Assembly (NCBI GenBank): GCA_010093995.1
Contig: ML992504.1
Location: 186,001-250,000, forward strand
Length of the DNA stretch: 64,000 nucleotides
Direction: 5' to 3'
Source: Elsinoe ampelina
Taxonomy: Eukaryota
A program made the translations under genes and the position numbers. The notes under the pieces were generated by a model. The model saw only the letters and a list, made by a program, of their open reading frames with translations, had not been told where the DNA came from and did not search any database. Positions 24,568 to 38,471 of the stretch are shown piece after piece. The number at the start of each line of letters is the position of its first letter. Position 1 is the first letter of the stretch.

Positions 24568-26421
24568 TCACCTGTACGGAACATCCTTGTACGGCCGCGG
24601 TGCCGAACCATTCGGTGTCTCAAATCTTGCCACTTTCGGCCTCACCTGAGGCGGCGGTGGAGGTCCCATAGCACCATTATACCCTGGCTTGTAGGGACCA
24701 GGTGGGCTTTGGCCGCTAGGACCACGTCTTGCGGAATCGTCACGTCGAAGAGAAGGATTTCGTCCGAGTGGAGACCTGTTGGGACTGTCATATCGTTCTC
24801 TACCATTGGATCGAGGGATGTAGTTCGGTGCCATATACTGCCCACCACCACGAGTATCGTTCCTAGCGACTTGGGTGGCGAACAATGGAGATGCAGTCGG
24901 CATGAAGCCGCCATGCACCATGCCGCTCTCGTGAGACGGCCGCTCGTGAGGTGGCCGCTCAGAAGTGGGTGTTCGACCTGGAGACATGGTCCCCCCAGGC
25001 GATTGAGCTTCGGTATGGGTCGAACTTCGCCTCGGCTTGTAGCTCTCATAAGGCGGGAAATAGTCTTTCGGACTAGGCGTCGGGTCGTGCGATTTGCTGT
25101 GCCGAATGGTATGATCTTCCGGCGACGAAGGAGCGCGGTGGTGATGTCGCTCTGTCGGTGTTCGTCTGGGGCTATTTGTATAGTCCCAGCCATTGCTATC
25201 AGAAGCAGGAGAGTTTGTCTGAGAACCCCTTCGTGGAACGGCTACTGATTGTCGAGGATGAACCCGTGGTGAAGGCACGTCCTCATCCGAAGATCCGCCT
25301 CGGAAGTGATGCGCATGAGGCAGACTCTTGCGACGCTTGTCCCGATCTCTGTCCTTGTCCCGTTCCCTATGACTGCCCCGGCGGCTGTGGCTACTCTCCC
25401 TATCCCGTTCGCGATGCCCATCACGATGATCCCTTTCCCTCTCCTTGCCGCGGTGTCCGTCATGATGTGGATCCTTTGTTGGTCCCGCATCCCACAGGTG
25501 AGGACTGCCAATATTCCGCACGACGTTGCCGACCGATGATGCCGCCGACATTCCCCGCTCCATGAGTGTGGGATGCTTGCTATTCCTCCTCACCACTCCC
25601 GGACGACCCTCATTATTCTTGAAGAGCGGATTCTTGAAATACGACAAGGCGGAAGACTTCTTCGTCTCTGCTGGCTCTTCTGTCTCTGAGTCGTAACTGT
25701 GATCCCGATTATGTTTCCGGTGATGTGTACGATCGCCCGACTCGATCTGTCGAGGCGCTTCCTCCTCTATGGCAGTGATACGCATACTCGCTTCCTCTTC
25801 AGCCTCTCTGCGCAATCGATCGCTGACTCCTTCGTACCAAGCCGTCATGTGAGCGTCGGGTGCGGCTGGGAAGCACTGCCTAGGTAGGAGATTGGGAAAC
25901 TTTTCGCCAGTGTCCGGATCGTTCAGCTCCCACTTCTTGACAGCCTGCATGAGAAATCCGGCGTGCTCGTCTGGTCCGAGCAAGAGCTGGATTGTCTCCC
26001 ACATGATCCATCCCTCGACCTTGAGAGCGGGTATCGTCGGTTCGCAGTACCGATTGCCAGCAGCTGCCGCAGGCATGGGCTGGAGGCTGTGTTGACATCC
26101 TAGATTCTTGTAGATGAAAGCGATCGTCGCTGGAGGAATGGTCAGGAAAAGCTGGTCGTAGTCGCCATTCAGGTCGCGATAGAAACGCGCGAGTTGCGCC
26201 GGAGTGAGGTCCGTAGAGTCGTAAGGCTCAAATTTAGATCCCTGGTAGAGTTGTCAGCAACGGGCGCGACGTTGAAGCCAGCTCGAACATACTATCAGCT
26301 TGTAGAGAGCTCTCAATAATTTCTTGAGCTTCTCTGTGCCGGTCTTGTCGGACTTGAAGAGGTATCCCCAGTACTCGAATGCTTCCTTGTCGGCAACGGT
26401 CTGCTCAGTCGGGGTCGGCAT
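24568..26421 (-). CDS. Conserved fungal hypothetical protein with ordered N-domain and long R/H/S/P-rich tail
   Basis: MPTPTEQ..FEYWGYLFK exon spliced to DLTPAQLARFYRDLNGDYD..PTIPALKVEGWIMWETIQLLLGPDEH and a 502-aa ORF. Confidence 0.85.
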
Positions 26422-27342
26422 CCTCAGGTGATTGACATGAAGGAGATTGGGAACAGCAGAGAACCAGAAAGTATCATGAACCCAGGGTTCTTGCCAGGTG
26501 AAACGAACGGATGAGGCTCTGTTGACCTCAGACCAGCGGTGAAGGTGGTGGAAGTTATTTCGGGATGGAGAAGAGGAGCTGTGCAAATCATTCGACGGCA
26601 GGAGTCAGAAAGCAGAAGATGCGGGCTGACGCAGAGTGTCTGCAGGCAGCCGGACAATTATCTTCTGATTTGTATGGCAGACGTGCAATGGGCGACTGAT
26701 GCGCTGGCGAACTGTTTGGCTGACAGACGGTCATGCCCGACGACGGCGTGTCCCTCCAAGTCCGGTACCGTCGCGCATCCATCCCCTCCCTCTGCTGTCA
26801 GGACCTTTTCCTGTTCGTCCACGGTCCCAGGCCCAGGGTTCGCCGCAATCGCCCGGCATTTGGCAAGCTCAGATGACACAAAACTCTATCTTCATTAGCG
26901 GCTCAAGGCTCTGCGAGCTTTGGATGACGTCGGGAGGATCCCACACATGCCAAACATGCAACACCTGAGACCCTTCCACGTGCGGGTTGAAACACCTGAA
27001 CAGAGCTGGAGATTGCAGGCCGAACAAGAGATCAGATCACGCGCTCGCCCATCCCTGTCAATCTTCATCTGGTTAGGGCCGACTTCGGCTATACTCCACT
27101 CCACCACCACGTTGCACAGTGAGAATTCAATGCAACCATCAGATGAAGAAGTCTCGTCGACAGTTACGGGTACAGGGCAGCATCAGGAAATCCGCCCGTG
27201 GCTTTGAACAAGCTTGATAGACATTCATATTGAACTTGTCCCTTCACTCTTCTATTTTGATCATTACCCGTTCCTGCCGGTGCCATGTGCATTTTCGCAG
27301 CAGCGGTCCGACTGTGCCACTGTCTGCCTCCATTTCCCACGT

Positions 27343-29382
27343 CTAGTGCTCCAGCAACCTCAAACTACCCTGAACAACCACGTTCTCCAGAATCGATCCA
27401 GGAGGCACGTCGATAGTCTGGCCCTCAGTTGCAACGATAATGACGGTACCCTTGAGGGTGACGCCACGACCGAGATTGACTGCACCAGTAATGGTGAGAT
27501 GGTCGAGCTCAATAATCTTGGGGATGCTGGGGATGCGCGATTGGAAGCTTGACACCTTCTTGAAGTCGTTGCCGAGCTTGATGAGAGGAGCGTCACCGAA
27601 GCGGTTCGAGTCCATGACCAGCTGACCGTGCTTGAGAGTGTACAGATCAGACTTGACAAGCATGAGATCGGAGCAGGTCTTGACGGGCAAGAAACGACGA
27701 CGAGGGACGTTGACACCGTGAGCATTGTTGAAGTGACGAATGGCAGCACCGACGGCAGTCTCAAGCTGAATGATGCTGACATCGGCCTCACCCTTCTTGT
27801 CGGCAGGAATGGACTTGCCGTTGGGGATGATCTCCATGGCGAGCTCGTTATTCTCGACCACACGCTTGACAGCACGGAGATTCATCCAGATGTTGTTGGT
27901 GTTGAAGTACTTGAACTTCTTGATCGACTTGAATTCGTTGACGTGCTCCTTGGGGACCTGAGCGATTTCCAGGAGACGGGCCTGGCCTTCGTAATCGATG
28001 ATGGTACCACCCTTGACATCAGCCTTGGTCTTGTCGGTCAACTCCATAATGTACTCGGAGCGGCTCTCAACCATGTGCTGAAGGATGTTGAGATCCACGA
28101 CGGCGCCCAAGTTGTCGGCGTTGGAAAGGAAGACAATCTCGACACCGCGCTCGAGCAGCTTGTCAAGAATGCCAGAGTTGTACAAGGATTCGAAAACGTC
28201 ACCGTGGCCGGGTGGGTACCAGTCTGAGATCTGCGAATCGGGAGTCTTGGGGGCTGGGAGGAGAGAGTCCTTGAGCACACGGGGGTAGCGGGATTGGTTG
28301 AAGGTCATAATGTCGATGTTGTGGCCCTCGTACTTCTTGATGATGTTCGCAGTGTCGGCATCCGTGTTGAACGAGTTCATGAGGACGAATGGAACATTGA
28401 CATCGTACGTGCGGTTGAGGTACTCGATCTGGCGGACGGAAAGATCAAGGAAGGACATACCGTCGCGAACCTCAATGACGGACTTTGGACCGACGCAACC
28501 CATGGAGGTACCGAGACCACCATTGAGCTTGAGGACAGCAAGTTTGTTGAGGAATTCGACGGAATTGGAGTTGCCCAAATCATTGTAGTTGACAACCTGG
28601 TCCTTCTTGGGGGGCGCGATACGGGACCACTCGATCTGGTTGCCCTTGGCCTTGTCGTTCAAGTAGCGGCGGAAGAGAGCGAAGAAGTTGTCCATTTCCG
28701 TCTCAAAGCGCTGGGGTGCATGTGAGCTTCGCTTTTGTGATTTGTTCATTGATAGGGTAAAGCTTACCTTCTTGAGAGCTGGATCGGTAACAGCGTCAGT
28801 CAATCCATTGAGGGCATTGCGCATTTGCGAAGCAGCCACAGAGGTAGAGGTGTTCTCGAACGCCTGTTGTCATTGCTGGTCAGCCGATGATTCTCACATG
28901 TTGGAGAAGAACTCCAGGGAGAAACTTTGAGCTTTTGTGATAAAGTCGGTATGAGAGGGAAGCTTGAGCTTTGGCATGTTCGAAACAAGCTCCATTGTCC
29001 ATCGCAGATATTCATGTGGAACTGGTATGCCCTTGCTCTTTTCTTCAATGTGTGCGCACATTCAAAGGTAAGTCGTCTCAGCCAGATTAATGCCCATCGC
29101 AGGTGTGTGCGATGGCGCACGAAGCAGTCTGTGCTCGCAGCCTCGTCAGGGGTGAAGGCGGTATGTGGAGAGTGCAGCCAGTCCAGTATAGTCGTCCTCA
29201 CATCAGATGGCAGGGTCGGCGGCGATAGCGGCGGCAATGGCAATGAGGAATGGTAAAGCAGGCTGGGTCATACATACCACATGAGATTGGGTCTTGCCAT
29301 GGTGCCTCTTCGCAAAGTCGGCGGCTTCACCGTTAGCTCCTCCATCAGAGGGCTTCAGGTGGGAAGGAATTGCTGATGCCAT
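27343..29382 (-). CDS. UGP1: UTP--glucose-1-phosphate uridylyltransferase
   Basis: [31 protein letters not shown] motifs. First exon 29382-29278 (..[11 protein letters not shown]) joins AFENTST across a 414 nt intron; a second short intron lies near 28710-28768. Confidence 0.97.
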
Positions 29383-29998
29383 GTTGGCCTGTGTGTGATT
29401 TGACGGTGTTTTCGATTGAGGATGGATACTGGACTGTGCCAGGGAGAAGATGTGTGCAAGTTGGAGATGAATTGATGTACGGTGAGAGGAGAGACGAGAG
29501 CTTTGAAATTATGGTGAAGCAGACGCAGATCGGTGACGAGGGGCAAGAAATGGAGAGCTGCCACAACGGTCTTCCTGATTGGGACAGATGGACCAAGCAC
29601 GTTTCTGATACTGCGATTGTGGGAGGAAAATGTGCGAATGAGGTAGATGCTCTTCTATCGGCCCCGGCCAATGCTATATACTGCTATTGCTCGCCAACAA
29701 TATCTCTGTCGTCCCATCCTGTCCCCAGCAAGGCCCTGTTTGTACCTCCCCAAAGCTCTGTTGTCATCCATTCGTTGGGCCCTAGCCCCCCCGGCCAGAT
29801 TTCGCTCGCCACAGAGCCATGTCAGATCCGCCGGGGGTGAAAAGGGTGGGAGGCTTGCCCACGGTCCTCCGCCGCAGGGCTTTCGAACGATTGTCCGAGC
29901 CCTGTAGATCATCCGTCCGTTGATTTATTGGTGTGACCCACGGTCTTCTGTGCCCTTTTCTCCACTAACTGTAGGTGAAGCTGTCAAAACGTTTGCTA

Positions 29999-31966
29999 CA
30001 GTGACTTCTTTATATAGCGTTAGCTTCGTGAGGTGTGCTTTTAACGCTATAGCCAGATTAATGTAGTGTTAAATAAGGTGTTATAATGGCTTAAAAAGCG
30101 CTCTAATTAGTACTAGTCTATCTCTTAAAGAACTTATAGAGTTATAGCTGTCTTATAACTACTCTTAAGCGTGCTTAAATAACCTTACGATGCTCCTCTA
30201 CCTCCTTTAGTAGCTTAAAGAAGCACTCCTCTAATTGCTCTTTATATAGCTATAGCTTAGCTAGTGCTTTAAGTGCCTCTAAGTGCTTTATACGCTTAAG
30301 CACCTCTATAGCCTCCTTCTCCTCCTCCTCTTCCTCTAGCGCTAGTGTAAACTCTTTAGTAATTAACTAAAAGATAGCCTCTCTAAGCTCCTTAGAGTTA
30401 TCCTTAATAACCTTCTCTTATAACTCTAGTAGGTTATTAATGTTTATAGCTAAACTAATATACTATATTTACTAGAGAGATTATAGCTACTAGCTAATAG
30501 TAGCTTTAGCTTTAAGATCTACTAGCTTTAGTATACTAAGGCCTTGCCTTTACTACTTCTTAAAGGTAAAAGGCTCTTTAGCTTAGCTAAGAAGTATTAA
30601 ATAAAGCTAGTAGTTAGTAATTGTTATTACTAAGGTCTTATCCTAAGCCTATAGAGTATTATAGAGAGCTTTAAGGAGATTTATAGTCTTTAGAAGTTAC
30701 TTTCTAAGCTCGATCTCTTCTAGTATATAGGCTAGCTAGCACTTCTAATAGTAGGCTTTAAAGCACTAGATAATTCCTTAATTAAGTAGCTAGTACCTAC
30801 TAGTAGTATTTAGTAGTAGCTAGAGCACCTTAATATTTATTAATTTATATTAAATAGCTTAAATAGTATACTTATATATAGAGAAGTTATTAAGTAAAAG
30901 AGTAATCTATCGAGGTAAGAAATTAGTCTTATTACATTAGTAAGTAAAGAATTTGCCGCTTACCTTTCTACTACTTACTTTACTATTTAACTACCTTAAA
31001 TACTTCTTAAAGATAACACTAGTTGTCTAAGCCTTCTTATTTACTTAATATACTATGTTCTAGCAACTAATATTTACTCTAGCTATAGTAAAACACTAAG
31101 GCTTTTTAGTATAGCTAATAATCTAAGGTTAAAGTTTATAATTACTAAAAGTGTTATAGGTAAAGAGAATAGTTACTCTCTTCTTTACTTTCTTAATACT
31201 AGAAAGAGGCTAAGAGGTAAGTAAATAGTTAGGTAAAAGTATATAAAAAAGACTAGTCTTATTAGCGTTATACTAATTATCTAGATAATAGTAAGATAGC
31301 TACTTCCTTATCCTTATAACTTCTTTAGTATAGTTCTCCTTAATAACCTTACTATCCTTACTATAATAGATTCTCTACTTTATATTATACTAAGCCTTAA
31401 AGCTAGTAAGCTAGCTAGTTAAGAACTTTAGTATTTTATCCTCTATATACTAAAGTATTATTCTCTAGAGTCTCTTAGCCTACTCTTTTAAGAGGTAATT
31501 AGTTACTAGTATTATACACTTAATTCTTAGCTGCTACTAGTATAGCGTAGCTTCTAGCTCTAGTATACGCTTAAGCCTCTACCTCTTTCTATTACTCTTA
31601 GCCTTATTACTAGCCTTATAAACTTAACTACGGAGGATATTAGAGATAGTAGATTACTAGATTAGAATACTCTAGAGGTAGCTAAAGTGCTTAGTAAGCT
31701 ACTACTAGCTATAGTGCGGAAACTCCTTATAGCGCTAGTAAACTACTGCCTTCTAGCTAGTAGTAAAGGAATTCCTTAGAGGCATTATAAAAGGCAGTTC
31801 TATACTAAATTTAGTACTTCTTATTACGTTAAAAGGTGGTTTAGATCAACGTAACGGTATAGAGAGAGAAGGGCTTATTTAGCGCACAAAAAAACGGTAA
31901 TTTGCACCTCCACCGCAGTACAGAGATTAACGCTATACGAACTAACGCTATAAAAGGAAGTCACTG
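29999..31966 (-). mobile_element. Complete pogo/Tigger-type (CENP-B-like DDE) Tc1/mariner DNA transposon, RIP-inactivated
   Basis: TIRs cagtgacttctttatatagcgttag and ctaacgctataaaaggaagtcactg, TA on both sides. Minus-strand de-RIP motifs YNADETGLFY, KKRVT, NKKAW, LLLDNFSAH, LPPNTTSRYQPLDQGII. Confidence 0.93.
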
Positions 31967-32370
31967 TACTTTCCCACGGACAGCAATTTGAGGACTGCGG
32001 TCTGGCCTTTTCGTTCGCAGATGACCGTTGTTCGATTTGCGAGCTTCCTGGAATGGTCTTGCTTGACAGGACGACTTCAGTCTTCAAGTGATGCTCAGCA
32101 AAGTCAATGGATGCAGTGGCTTGATACAGTCCATGTGTTATTCCAATAGTCGGGCAATGCTGGAAACAACCTGAATTTTCTGCTAGCTGGTCACTGAAAT
32201 TGGTAACATTGTAATAAGTGTTCGGCGCAACACACTAGCGGTGCTTCCCGCCCCTGGTAATCTCCAATCTGGACATGTCTTTGGCAAATGGATACCATTA
32301 TCTTGCTGGATCTGGCAGACGCAACCATAAATGGATGTCCACATCATGTCAAAACTTGCGCACTCCGTCC

Positions 32371-33288
32371 TTACGGCAAGTATGGCTTCACTAGCTTCAG
32401 ACCTGGTCCGCCTTCCTTGATCGACTTCGATAAGGTAGCTTGCGATAATTCGATCGGAGACCTGACGACCTCGATGGCTGGAGCTGATGCGGACGGTACT
32501 GCCATGGGCTTCTTAATCCTTACTCGCACAGTCGATTGAGGAGCTTCTTCGGCGAGATATTTCTTGTGCAGTCCTTGGACTATGAACAGGGCTAACGATT
32601 CCAGCGTCTCAAAGCAAGTTCCTTCAACTATCTACACAAACGCGCGAATCAGAAACCGAGAATAGGAAGGCAAGCTTACAGATTGACCTACCTGACACAG
32701 CTTGCTCTCAACCTCGCTGTACGTGTCGGCCGCGGCAGCAGGTACAGTGCTCAGCCATAATGAAACGAAGAGTGGTTGTTTGCGCTGACGTTCGTTTTCG
32801 TTGATGCCGACAAGAACAGGCATATGAATTTTGGAGAGTAGCAATGTCCTATCCAGCCTTGGCCAGACTATGCCGATGAGATGCTGGTAAGAATGGGTGA
32901 ATGTCACCTCACTCCCAAGAAGACTTGCTTTGGGTAGGTGGACCTGAATCGAGCATGCCTCGACAGTCCGAGATCCCGGCAGACATTGGAGGACAACCTG
33001 ATATACTCTCGCTGCGAAGTCATTCAAGGCTTCCCATGGCTTGAGCGGTTGGATCGCCTTGATACTCTTAGAGGTCGAGCCGTAATTTACTGTGCTTAGG
33101 TCCAAGCTGTCGGTCTCTGCCGCGGTATCAAAGCCAGCTCGGAAGGAGAAGCGCACCGAGACAAGGACCGGTTGCTCTTTTCGACGACCCCAGGCATCTG
33201 TTCCAACACAGTGTTGATGGTCGAGACTAAGACGTGAGATCTCTATGCCGTCGTGGCACCATGCACGATCCATTGCAAATGTTTGCAT
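32371..33288 (-). CDS. Stand-alone dihydroneopterin aldolase (FolB)-like protein with two tandem FolB domains
   Basis: VGTDAWGRRKEQPVLVS, TVNYG, LVGINENERQRKQP, then after an intron (~32690-32633) FETLESLA..VRVRIKKPMA. Start codon choice uncertain. Confidence 0.82.
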
Positions 33289-33379
33289 ATGAAGAAGGCC
33301 GATGCTATTTGAGCACGTGAAGGCCGACCTGATCTCCACCAAAAGTTTCACCGCTTTGGCAGAATCGTCATGTCGCGGC

Positions 33380-33405
33380 TGAAGCTTTTGGAAAGCTCTA
33401 GAATT
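33380..33405 (+). promoter_or_regulatory. Putative heat-shock element upstream of STI1
   Basis: GAA at 33381, 33391 and 33401 (exact 10 bp period) with TTT/CTC in the alternate units, ~135-155 bp before the STI1 ATG. Confidence 0.6.
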
Positions 33406-33537
33406 GCACACTGGTCGAGGAGGAATGACCTGTGACTTTATTTGATACTTCTCTCACCTCCGATTATTACTCAGTAGCAGCAGTCCCACTATCAAGTGTC
33501 ACAGTACTTGATCTTCACAGAATCTCAGCACAAGACC

Positions 33538-35338
33538 ATGGCGGACGCTCTCAAAGCTGAAGGAAACAAGTTGTTTGCGGCCAAAGACTTTCAAGGTGCC
33601 ATGTAAGCCACCTGAGTTACCGAGCATGAGTTGTATTCTAACTTTACAAAGTGAAAAGTTCTCGCAAGCGATTGAAGCTGATCCCTCAAATCATGTCCTC
33701 TACTCGAACCGATCTGGCGCTTACGCTTCACTGAGAGACTACCAACACGCCCTGGAAGATGCAACCAAAACTACCGAGATCAAGCCGGATTGGTCGAAAG
33801 GATGGGGACGAAAGGGTGCTGCTCTGCACGGTACCGGGGACCTCGTCGGAGCTGTAGATGCCTTTGAGGAGGCTCTGAAGCTCGAGCCCACGAATGCTCA
33901 GGCAAAGTCCGGGCTTGACTCGGTGAAGCGAGCGATCGAGGCAGAGGCAAAGGCGGATGGTGCCGATCCCTCAGGCGGTCTTGGTAGCATGTTCAATGAT
34001 CCACAACTGGTCCAAAAGCTAGCAAACAACCCGAAGACTAGCAGCTACCTCGCGGACCCCGGTTTCATGGCCAAGTTGCAGCAAATGAAGAACAACCCAA
34101 GCGACATGGGCTCAATGCTCAACGACCCCAGGATGCTGCAGGTCATGAGTGTCTTGCTTGGTATCGATATGCAATTCGGAGCTCCGGGCGACGGCGGAGC
34201 AGCAGCAGCAAACGGCAGCGCAGGAGAGCACGAGGAGGACATCCCGATGCCAGATGCAAGACCATCCTCAAATCCACCACCCAAGGCGAAGCAGCCGGTG
34301 CCTGAACCTGAACCGGAGCCAGAAGATGAGGATGCCATTGCTAAGAAGAAGGCGAAGGAAGAGGCGGAACAAGAGAAGAAGTTGGGCACGGAGAATTACA
34401 AGAAGAGGCAGTTTGATGCTGCGATTGAGCATTACTCGAAAGCTTGGGGGCTGCACAAGGATATCACATATCTCAACAACCTTGGTGCGGCCAAGTTTGA
34501 GAAGGGCGATTACGATGGGGCAATAGAATCGTGTCAAAAGGCGGTGGAAGAGGGTCGGGAAATGCTCGCTGATTTCAAGATGATCGCAAAGGCATTCGGC
34601 CGGATAGGATCGTCATACGAGAAGAAGGGAGACCTCGCGAGTGCCATCACGAACTATCAAAAGTCTTTGACGGAACATCGCACGCCCGACGTCCTCAACA
34701 AGCTTCGCGCGGCAGAAAAGGCAAAGGTCAAGTTTGACAAGGAGTCATACATGGATCCACACAAGGCCGAGGAGGCGCGGGAGCTCGGCAATCAGAAATT
34801 CAAGGAGAACGACTGGCCGGGCGCAGTGGAGGCGTACAGCGAGATGGTGAAGAGGGCTCCCGATGACGTGCGTGGTTACTCCAACCGTGCGGCATGCTTC
34901 ATCAAGCTCCTCGCTTTCCCTTCGGCTGTGCAGGACTGCGACATGGCCATTGAGAAGGATCCGAAGTTCATCAAAGCATACCTCCGCAAGGCGCAAGCGC
35001 TCTTCGCCATGCGCGAGTACAACAGGTGCATCGACGTTTGCAGTCTCGCTCAAGATCAAGGTGTGAACGAGAAGGATGCTCGCGATCTGGAGCAGCAGAT
35101 CCAGAAGGCGATGCAGGCACAATTCTCCGCTCGGGACGGTGAGACTGAGGAGCAGACGATGGAGCGCATCCAGCGGGATCCCGAGATCGTCAGCATCTTG
35201 CAAGACCCGGTCATGCAGAGTATTCTTCAGCAAGCCAAGGGCGACCCGGCGGCTCTGTCAAATCACATGCAGAACAAGGATGTGAAGAACAAGATCCAGA
35301 AGCTGATTGCAGCGGGTGTCATTCGAGTCGGGAGGTAA
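33538..35338 (+). CDS. STI1: Hsp70/Hsp90 co-chaperone Sti1/HOP
   Basis: MADALKAEGNK first exon, TPR1/TPR2A/TPR2B repeats, DP domains, C-terminal KIQKLIAAGVIR. Confidence 0.97.
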
Positions 35339-35590
35339 ATCGTCGTGAGCAACTGATGTCTCGAGACGGGCGGTCGGGCGTTGAGTGGTGGTAAAAGCAA
35401 ATGTTCACGCACAGCAGCATCACAAGGTCGGGGAGCGTGTATAGGTAATCAATCAATTCCACATCCACGTTGTATCTTCAGGCTAGCCGTCGATGTCCAC
35501 GCTCCATAGTCGCTTCTGCATCACTCGTCATCTCATCTCTCATTTCGAAACCCCCCTCCCTCATCTCCGATAAGTGGTGTTTGGTCACGC

Positions 35591-35732
35591 TCAGTTCGGG
35601 CAGGTCTGGATCATCGTTAGACTGAACGGCGGAGAAGGATGTCAGTGGAAGTCGTACGGCACCGCAACTTCCGCAGGTCTTGCTTGAGCCTCCAACGCTG
35701 GCACCGCACTTTGGGCAAGATCCGTGAGCCAT
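35591..35732 (-). CDS. 29-aa Cys-rich microprotein (metallothionein/zinc-ribbon-like); exons 35732-35658 and 35605-35591
   Basis: Intron GTACGA..CTAAC..CAG (52 nt) gives MAHGSCPKCGASVGGSSKTCGSCGATCPN*. Good start context (aacATGG) and TATATAA ~50 bp upstream. Confidence 0.8.
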
Positions 35733-36643
35733 GTTGCTGTTTGGGTTGGGTAGCGTGGTCGGAATGGAGGTAGACCGATGTTATATAAGTCGAGTGATCG
35801 AAGAATTGGGAAAGGTCAGAGAGCGGTTGAAGAGGTGAAGTCAGGTGCTGCCATCCGCAAGATAACGATGCATGAGCGTGGCACGCGTGGGAGTCTGAAG
35901 CATCACATGCCTACCCCGCCATGCCCCGCAGTCAGCGCGGACGACCAATCGGCGGTGAGGTGAAGTGACCTGCATCACTGGACGATAGGGTACGAGGATC
36001 AGAGTCGAGAGATTGTACTGGCATTACCCTTTGCTATATTGAAAGCAGGAGATGAACGCCGTTCTGGTCCGCAAATCAGGACCCTGCAGTAGTGTCTTAT
36101 TCTGGCTGTGTCAGGAAAATACTCGCGCGAGCAACATGACATCCATTGAATCGAGAACGGACCAATGAAGAGCAAACAAGCGGGAACCATTTTCCACACC
36201 AACAAGCGCATCTATAATGGGAATACGCTATGCTGAATTGTTACACAAGATCGAGTTGTGGACAATTGAATTCCAATTCACCATGGGAAGTCGGATCCAA
36301 TCACGACTTCGGCCTTGGCATTGATGATGCATTCCCGCGTGCCCCGCCGGGACGAACCAGAAATTTTGTCTCAGACTCTTTCAGGCACTTCCCACGCACC
36401 TACATGCAACTACCTACCTCGACATGCCTCACTGAATCACATAAGTGTACCAGCCTCATGGTTAACAGCTTGAGAGCTGAACCTCTCACCAATTCCTCCG
36501 TCGGTCTTTGACTCCACCACTGCCACCCACCGAAGCCTCACCTGCTCGCCTTTTATCTCCAACCGTCCTGGAAGCTCGTGTGATCTCCCAGAGCTGAATC
36601 CAAGCCACATTTCATCGAGCCAGAACCGCTTTTGCTCGACAAG

Positions 36644-38471
36644 ATGCGACAAACATGCATTTTCTCCGGGTCTTCGCACCCCAGGCTTGTTGATGCCATC
36701 TGCGAGAGACTCGGGAAGGCCCCTGACAAGGTTGAATTGCGCAAGTTCAGCAACGGCGAGACCAGCGTCGAGATCAGTACGTCGATACTATGAAAAAGAG
36801 CATCACGGCCGTCTAACGACTACAGAAACATCTGTTCGTGATCAGGATGTCTTCATTGTCCAGAGTGGGAGCAGCAAGTAGGCATGAGGCCTGTCTGTCT
36901 TTGGTCCACTGCTAATCCGCTAGGATCAACGACAATGTCATGGAGCTCCTCATCATGATCAATGCCTGCAAGGGAGGATCCGCTCGCTCAATCACAGGTA
37001 TGATGTCACGCAATGCTCAAGAAGAATCGTTGTTGACCCCTTCCAGCGGTTATGCCGTACTTTCCCTACTCTCGGCAGTCGAAGCGGAAAAGCCATCGCG
37101 GTGCCATCACTGCGCGCATGGTCGCAAACCTCATGCATGTGGCAGGCGTCAATCATGTCATCACCATCGATCTGCACGCGACGCAGTCTCAAGGATTCTT
37201 CAAATGCCCCATTGACAACCTGATTGCGGAGCCAATTCTGGCAAAGTGGATCAAGAACAATGTCAAGGGCTGGAAAGAGGCGGTCGTAGTCAGCAAGAAT
37301 CCAGGTGGTACAAAGCGGGTGACTTCGCTGGCAGATGCCCTCAAACTCAGTTTCGGTATTGTCACAACCGACACGAGACGCCCCCAGCCGAACCGCAGTT
37401 TGGAGACAAGCACAATACTCGGCAGTGCAATCATGGGCAGCATGGGTCTCGACGGGACAAGCGACAAAGGGCAAAGCAGTCCGGCCAGTCTGAACCCGAG
37501 CCGACAAGGATCCGCCGTCAAAGATTACGGTGACACAAATGGAAAAGACCACGCGAATGATGACGACGTCTTTGCACCTCGTAGACCTTCTCGTATTCAG
37601 ACCTTCACCAATGGGCACAGCAATGGACGCTCGTCACCTCCGGAGCTGCCACAGATGAATGGCAATCTGAGAGCCCCTCCCGCAGATTCGAATTCACTGG
37701 GCCATGTGCAAACCGCGCTTGCCACAACTGGATCACACCCTGAATTGACGTACGACTCGGATGGAGAGAGTGGGGAGGAGTTTGGAGATGAGGTACATTT
37801 GTCCATTCGTATGCAGTAGGATTGACTGACCGTACCAGCGAGCTAGGGATGTGGTGACTGGTCGTCTCATTCAGGGCCACATTGTCGAGGACGACCACCC
37901 GGGTCCATCGCCCGTGATCAATGCCATGTCACCAGCACACCCGCTTTCGCAAATGACTCGAGCCAATTCGGATGATGACCCTCCAGAAAACATGATGGCC
38001 TCGTTCGTATCCGTCGCCTCTTCACGGATTCCTGAACATGGTCTTGGAGGCACAGCAGATGCAGCCGCTTCCGACGAAGAGGAAGAAGCAGTCCTCGAAG
38101 ATCCGGGACGTGAAACTCTGATCACCCTTGTAGGGAACGTGCGGGATCGACCAGTCTTCATCGTGGACGACATCATGGATAAGGCTTCCTCGTGGATTGC
38201 CGCCGCAGAGACTGCAGTCAAACGGGGCGGCGCGACCTCTGTCTTCTGCTTCGCAACTCATGGACTCTTCGGTGGGGATTCTTTGAAGGAGCTACAGGAC
38301 TGCAAGGAGATCGATCGCATCGTCGTGACCAACGCTTTCCCCGTCCCCGAGGAGAAGATCAAAGGTATTTCCAAGCTCGTCACGCTCGACGTCAGCTACC
38401 TCCTCGCCGAAGCCATCCGCCGCAACCACCACGGCGAGAGCATCAGCCAGCTTTTCATGCATTACGACTAG
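36644..38471 (+). CDS. Ribose-phosphate pyrophosphokinase (PRPP synthetase) with large non-homologous insertion, Prs1/Prs5 type
   Basis: IFSGSSHP..KFSNGETSVEI, MELLIMINACK, PYFPYSRQ, LVGNVRDRPVFIVDDI, EAIRRNHHGESIS; four introns. Confidence 0.95.
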
